From the human T2T-CHM13v2.0 reference genome, Homo sapiens: a stretch of 64,000 nucleotides of DNA. The stretch is from NCBI RefSeq assembly GCF_009914755.1, contig NC_060935.1; one strand, given 5' to 3'. Position 1 is the stretch's first letter; the number at the start of each line of letters is the position of its first letter. The translations under genes and the position numbers were made by a program. A model generated the notes under the pieces. The model searched no databases. It was not told the origin of the DNA and saw only the letters and a program-made list of their open reading frames with translations. This document shows positions 60,350-64,000 of the stretch, in pieces.

Positions 60350-63320
60350 TTAAAGTACACTGTATACTTTGGCATTAGGTAAATGCTTTTTTGTGTAATG
60401 TTTTAATTACTTTAATGATCCTTTTTTACTAGATGTCTTGGGTAATTTTTGTAAATCATTCCTCTAGGGCTTACCATATGTACCTAATGAGAATCTATGT
60501 CAGATTAATAGTAATTTAATACCAGTGATCTATAGAGATGTTATTCTCACATAGTTCTGTTTTCTCTTCTTCTTTGTGCCACTGTTGTTATACTGTACAT
60601 GTTACATCTATATGTTATAAACCCAATAATGAATTACAATAATTATTTCTATATATAGCTTAATGTCTTTTAAAGTAGCTGAGAGAAGAAAATAAATTAT
60701 ATGTTTGTAAATTTTGTCATAGTAAACTTCTTATTTACCATTGTTGGTTCTCTTCCTTTTTTCCTGTGGATCTCGGTAACCAATTAATATATTCTCCCTA
60801 CTTCAATATAGCTTTGCTCCTAACTACCTTCTTTGTGTGGCAAGTATAAATATTTACATATGTTGTTAAGTATAGATATTTACATATGTTATAGGCTTAA
60901 CAATACAAATGCATACACATCATATTATGCAATTCCATTTAAAACATGTTAAGAGAAAAAAGGAAAATATGCATTTATACTGTCTTTAAAAATTGCTTAA
61001 TTACCTTTACTTGTGCTTCTCCTCCCTCACACCATGTGGAATAGAATTCCATTTGGGGGTCAGTTGGTTTTAGACTGAAGAAATTCTTTTAATAGTTATT
61101 GCAAGTGCCTTTACTAGCAACAAATTCTGTCAATTTTGTTCCTCTGAAAATGGCTCTTTTTTTCTTCATTTTTGAAAGATAGTTTTTCTGGGAATGAGAA
61201 ATTTGTTAGTTTTATTCTTTCAGCACTTTGAATATGCATGTCATCTCACTATATTCTGGCCTCCACTGTTTCTGGTGAGATGTCAGTTGTTAATCTGCCT
61301 GGGATTCTTTTATGTATAATAAGTCATTTTTCCTTTGCTGTTTTCCTGATTTTCTCTTTGTATTTTACTTTCAACATTTTTACTATGATGTGTCTGGGTG
61401 TATATCTGTGTTTATCTTACTTGGAATTTTTTTGAGCTTCTTGGATGTGTCAATTCTTTCTGTGAAATTTGCAAAGTATTAACCATTATTTATTAAAAAT
61501 ATTTTTGTTCCTTTCTGTTTTTTCTCTTCTTCTGGCACCCCAATTTTGCATATATTGGTACAATTAATGGTGGTCTTCATATCTCTGAAACTTTTAAAAT
61601 TTTTCTTCATTGCTTTTCTGTTGTTCAGATGGCATAATCTTTATTCGTCTGTCTCCAGGTTAGCTGATTCTTCTACCCACTCAAATCAGTTTTTGAGACC
61701 CTCTAGTACATTTTTCATTTCAGTTATATTAGTTTCCTACTACAGAATTTCCATTAGATTCTTGTAAAAATAATTCTTATTTTTTATTTGATGAGATATT
61801 GCCCTCATATCTTCCTTAACCTCTCTAAGCATATTTTTCTTTAGTACTTTGAACATATTTATTGTAGTTGCTTTAGAGTCTTTGTCATGTTCATATCTAG
61901 TCCTTCTCATGGCACCTCTTGTTGTCTGCTTTTTATTTTTATTTTTCTGTGCATGAGTTATACTTTCCTGTTTATTTGCATGTTTCCCTTTTTTTTAGAA
62001 CAGTAGGCATTTTAGATAATATAATGTAGCAGTGTCCCCTTCCCTAAAACTGCTTTTTCTTATCTTTTATTTATTTGCATGCTTATTTGTTTAGTGACTT
62101 GGCTGAATAAATTTAGTGACACTGGCAGTGTAAAGCAGTGTAAAGCCTCTGATGTTGTTCCTCAGAGGATGCAGGCTTTGGCATGCTCACAGTCACTCTG
62201 GGAGACAGTAGTTTTCTCAGAACTATCCTTGACTCTTCCCTTCTTTGGTCTTGCTGGTAAACTGCCTGACTCTACTGGTAATACACTCAGGTATTAGTGT
62301 TTGCTAATTTTCAGTCAGTCACTTTATTGTTTTGGACAATGCTGTGGGAAATAAATTACCCTACAATCTGATCCAATTAATTTCAGACCTCTTTGCAGAA
62401 GTTTTTTGAGGCCAGGCTTTGAAGTATGTTCTAACCACAGGAGGTCTCTTTATTGCTGTCTCTTTCCCAGTTCACTCTGATAAACTAGCTGACTTGTGGT
62501 TTAGTTTATTGCTCTTATGGAGGTATCAGCCTTCTCTTAATTGCTTATTGTTGAAATCTTCCTGGTTTTTGAGAATGCCCTAAAGCTTGAACTTCCCCAC
62601 TCTCTTTTCTAAATAAAATCAGTGATTTTGAGGAGCTCTTTGGCGCTCTTTCCCCTTGTGGCATGTTGAGGCTTCCTTCTAAGTTTGGTTCGTGTCAGTC
62701 TAATATAGACTTTACCCTAGGGCTCAGTTAGTTCTAGAACTATTTCTATAGATGGTCTTTCTGAGGTCTCTATTGAATTACTCAAGTATTCAACTGGACT
62801 CTCAGCTCTTACTGATCAGAACTTTAATGTCTCCCAGACTTATTAAGCTTCCATACGTTCTTGTCATAATGCCCCATTGGTTATTCTTTGACTGGCTTTT
62901 CTGTGTATTATTCTAAGGATGCACTGCTTTGCGTTCAAAGGTCCAAGGGGGCTCCTATGGAGATTTCCAAACTGTTCTCTGTACAGTTTCCTCCTGTTAG
63001 GTACTCTGCCCCCTTAATTCCAGTCACCTTGGCTTCTTCAAACTCTAATCATTGTCTCCTGATTGCAGCAAGAGTACTGTGCCCTGTTTAGAGTTGCTTA
63101 TCCTATGCCATTTTTCTAGAATATACCTGCAGACACAAAGTTGAGGCAATCTTGGGGATCCCTTTATTTGTATCCCTTCTATGTGTCATTATATCCTTTG
63201 CTACTCCTTGTTTGATGTCTGAAAACAGTTGTTTTATATATTTTATACAATTATGATTGCTTATGGTAGAAGGTATAGTCTCATACAAACTAAATCTTCA
63301 TGGGAAGAAGTGGAAGTCCT
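60350..63320 (-). mobile_element. Old L1M (MC/ME-type) ORF1 and 5' region remnants; further pieces at 56820-57700
   Basis: cattttgaaagatagtttt..., ttcagcactttgaatat, ttactatgatgtgtctgggtgt, ttgagcttcttggatgtgt. Confidence 0.75.
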
Positions 63321-64000
63321 GTCTTTGATTTTTGTGGCTTTGTGTTTTTCTTATTTGACCAAGCTCCTTAAAAATTCAAAATTTTGATTTTTGTCTGTTG
63401 TATTAGCTAACAATATTTTCCTTTGTGTCATTCACTTTTAAATTATTTTACAGTTTTATGATTTCCATATTTTAATTTTTATATAACTGAAATTATTTTT
63501 TTAATAATTTCTTCCAACTAGAGAACAAACATTTTCCTAGAATTTCTTTCATGGGTGTTTGAGGGGCTTCACTTTTTATAATTAATATTCAGTCTACTGA
63601 GATTATTTTTGGTATAAGTTATAAGATGGTTTTGTGTGTCTTTTATTCTAAATTTCTTTAAACAACTTGTAGAAAATGATGTGGTATAAATAAATCAATA
63701 AGTGCATATCACAGGAAAGTGGTTGAATGTCATTTTTCATTATTTTAGAATTCATGTATATCAATTTTGTTCCATGGACTTAAGGTCATTCTTGGGTGAT
63801 ATAAGATTAAGACAGATAATACTGTGTGCTTCCTTTTAAAAGGTAAAATTTGCTTAAAACCAATAAAAATGAAAATGAGGACATAAGGACTAGGATGTAA
63901 AGACTAAAGGGCAAAGCAGCATCCAAAGTGGGTGTTTCTCATTTAAGACAATGGATACCATGGCCAGACTTGCAGTCAGAAAGACCTAGTTTTGAATTCT

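Overview
Primate (almost certainly human) AT-rich, repeat-dense genomic DNA with no intact protein-coding exon that I can support; most ORFs in the track are LINE-1, Alu or MaLR translations or chance ORFs. The only gene-derived sequence is an intronless, disabled copy of IDH3G (NAD-dependent isocitrate dehydrogenase gamma subunit) at ~14434-15630. Its diagnostic residues match my recollection of the rodent testis retrogene 4933405O20Rik (IDH gamma-2, in a Nell1 intron) better than IDH3G, so it may be a lost, formerly functional retrogene and the window may be NELL1 intronic (inference). The rest is nested transposons: an old L1MC-type element split by a full-length L1PA3/4 (17-bp TSD) and by an internally deleted L1MA; an internally deleted L1PA7-like element with an AluY; a complete THE1 provirus with a mini-L1 in its 5' LTR; and MaLR solo LTRs, Alus, MIR/L2 and MER58. 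Unusual structures: a perfect 39-bp inverted repeat (48054-48137), a 5'-inverted Alu, a tailless 40-nt 5S rRNA retrocopy with TSD, a fold-back AT-rich insertion, a trimeric Alu facing a truncated AluY, an old ~117-bp local duplication and a 39-bp VNTR. Subfamily names come from remembered consensus features and need RepeatMasker confirmation.
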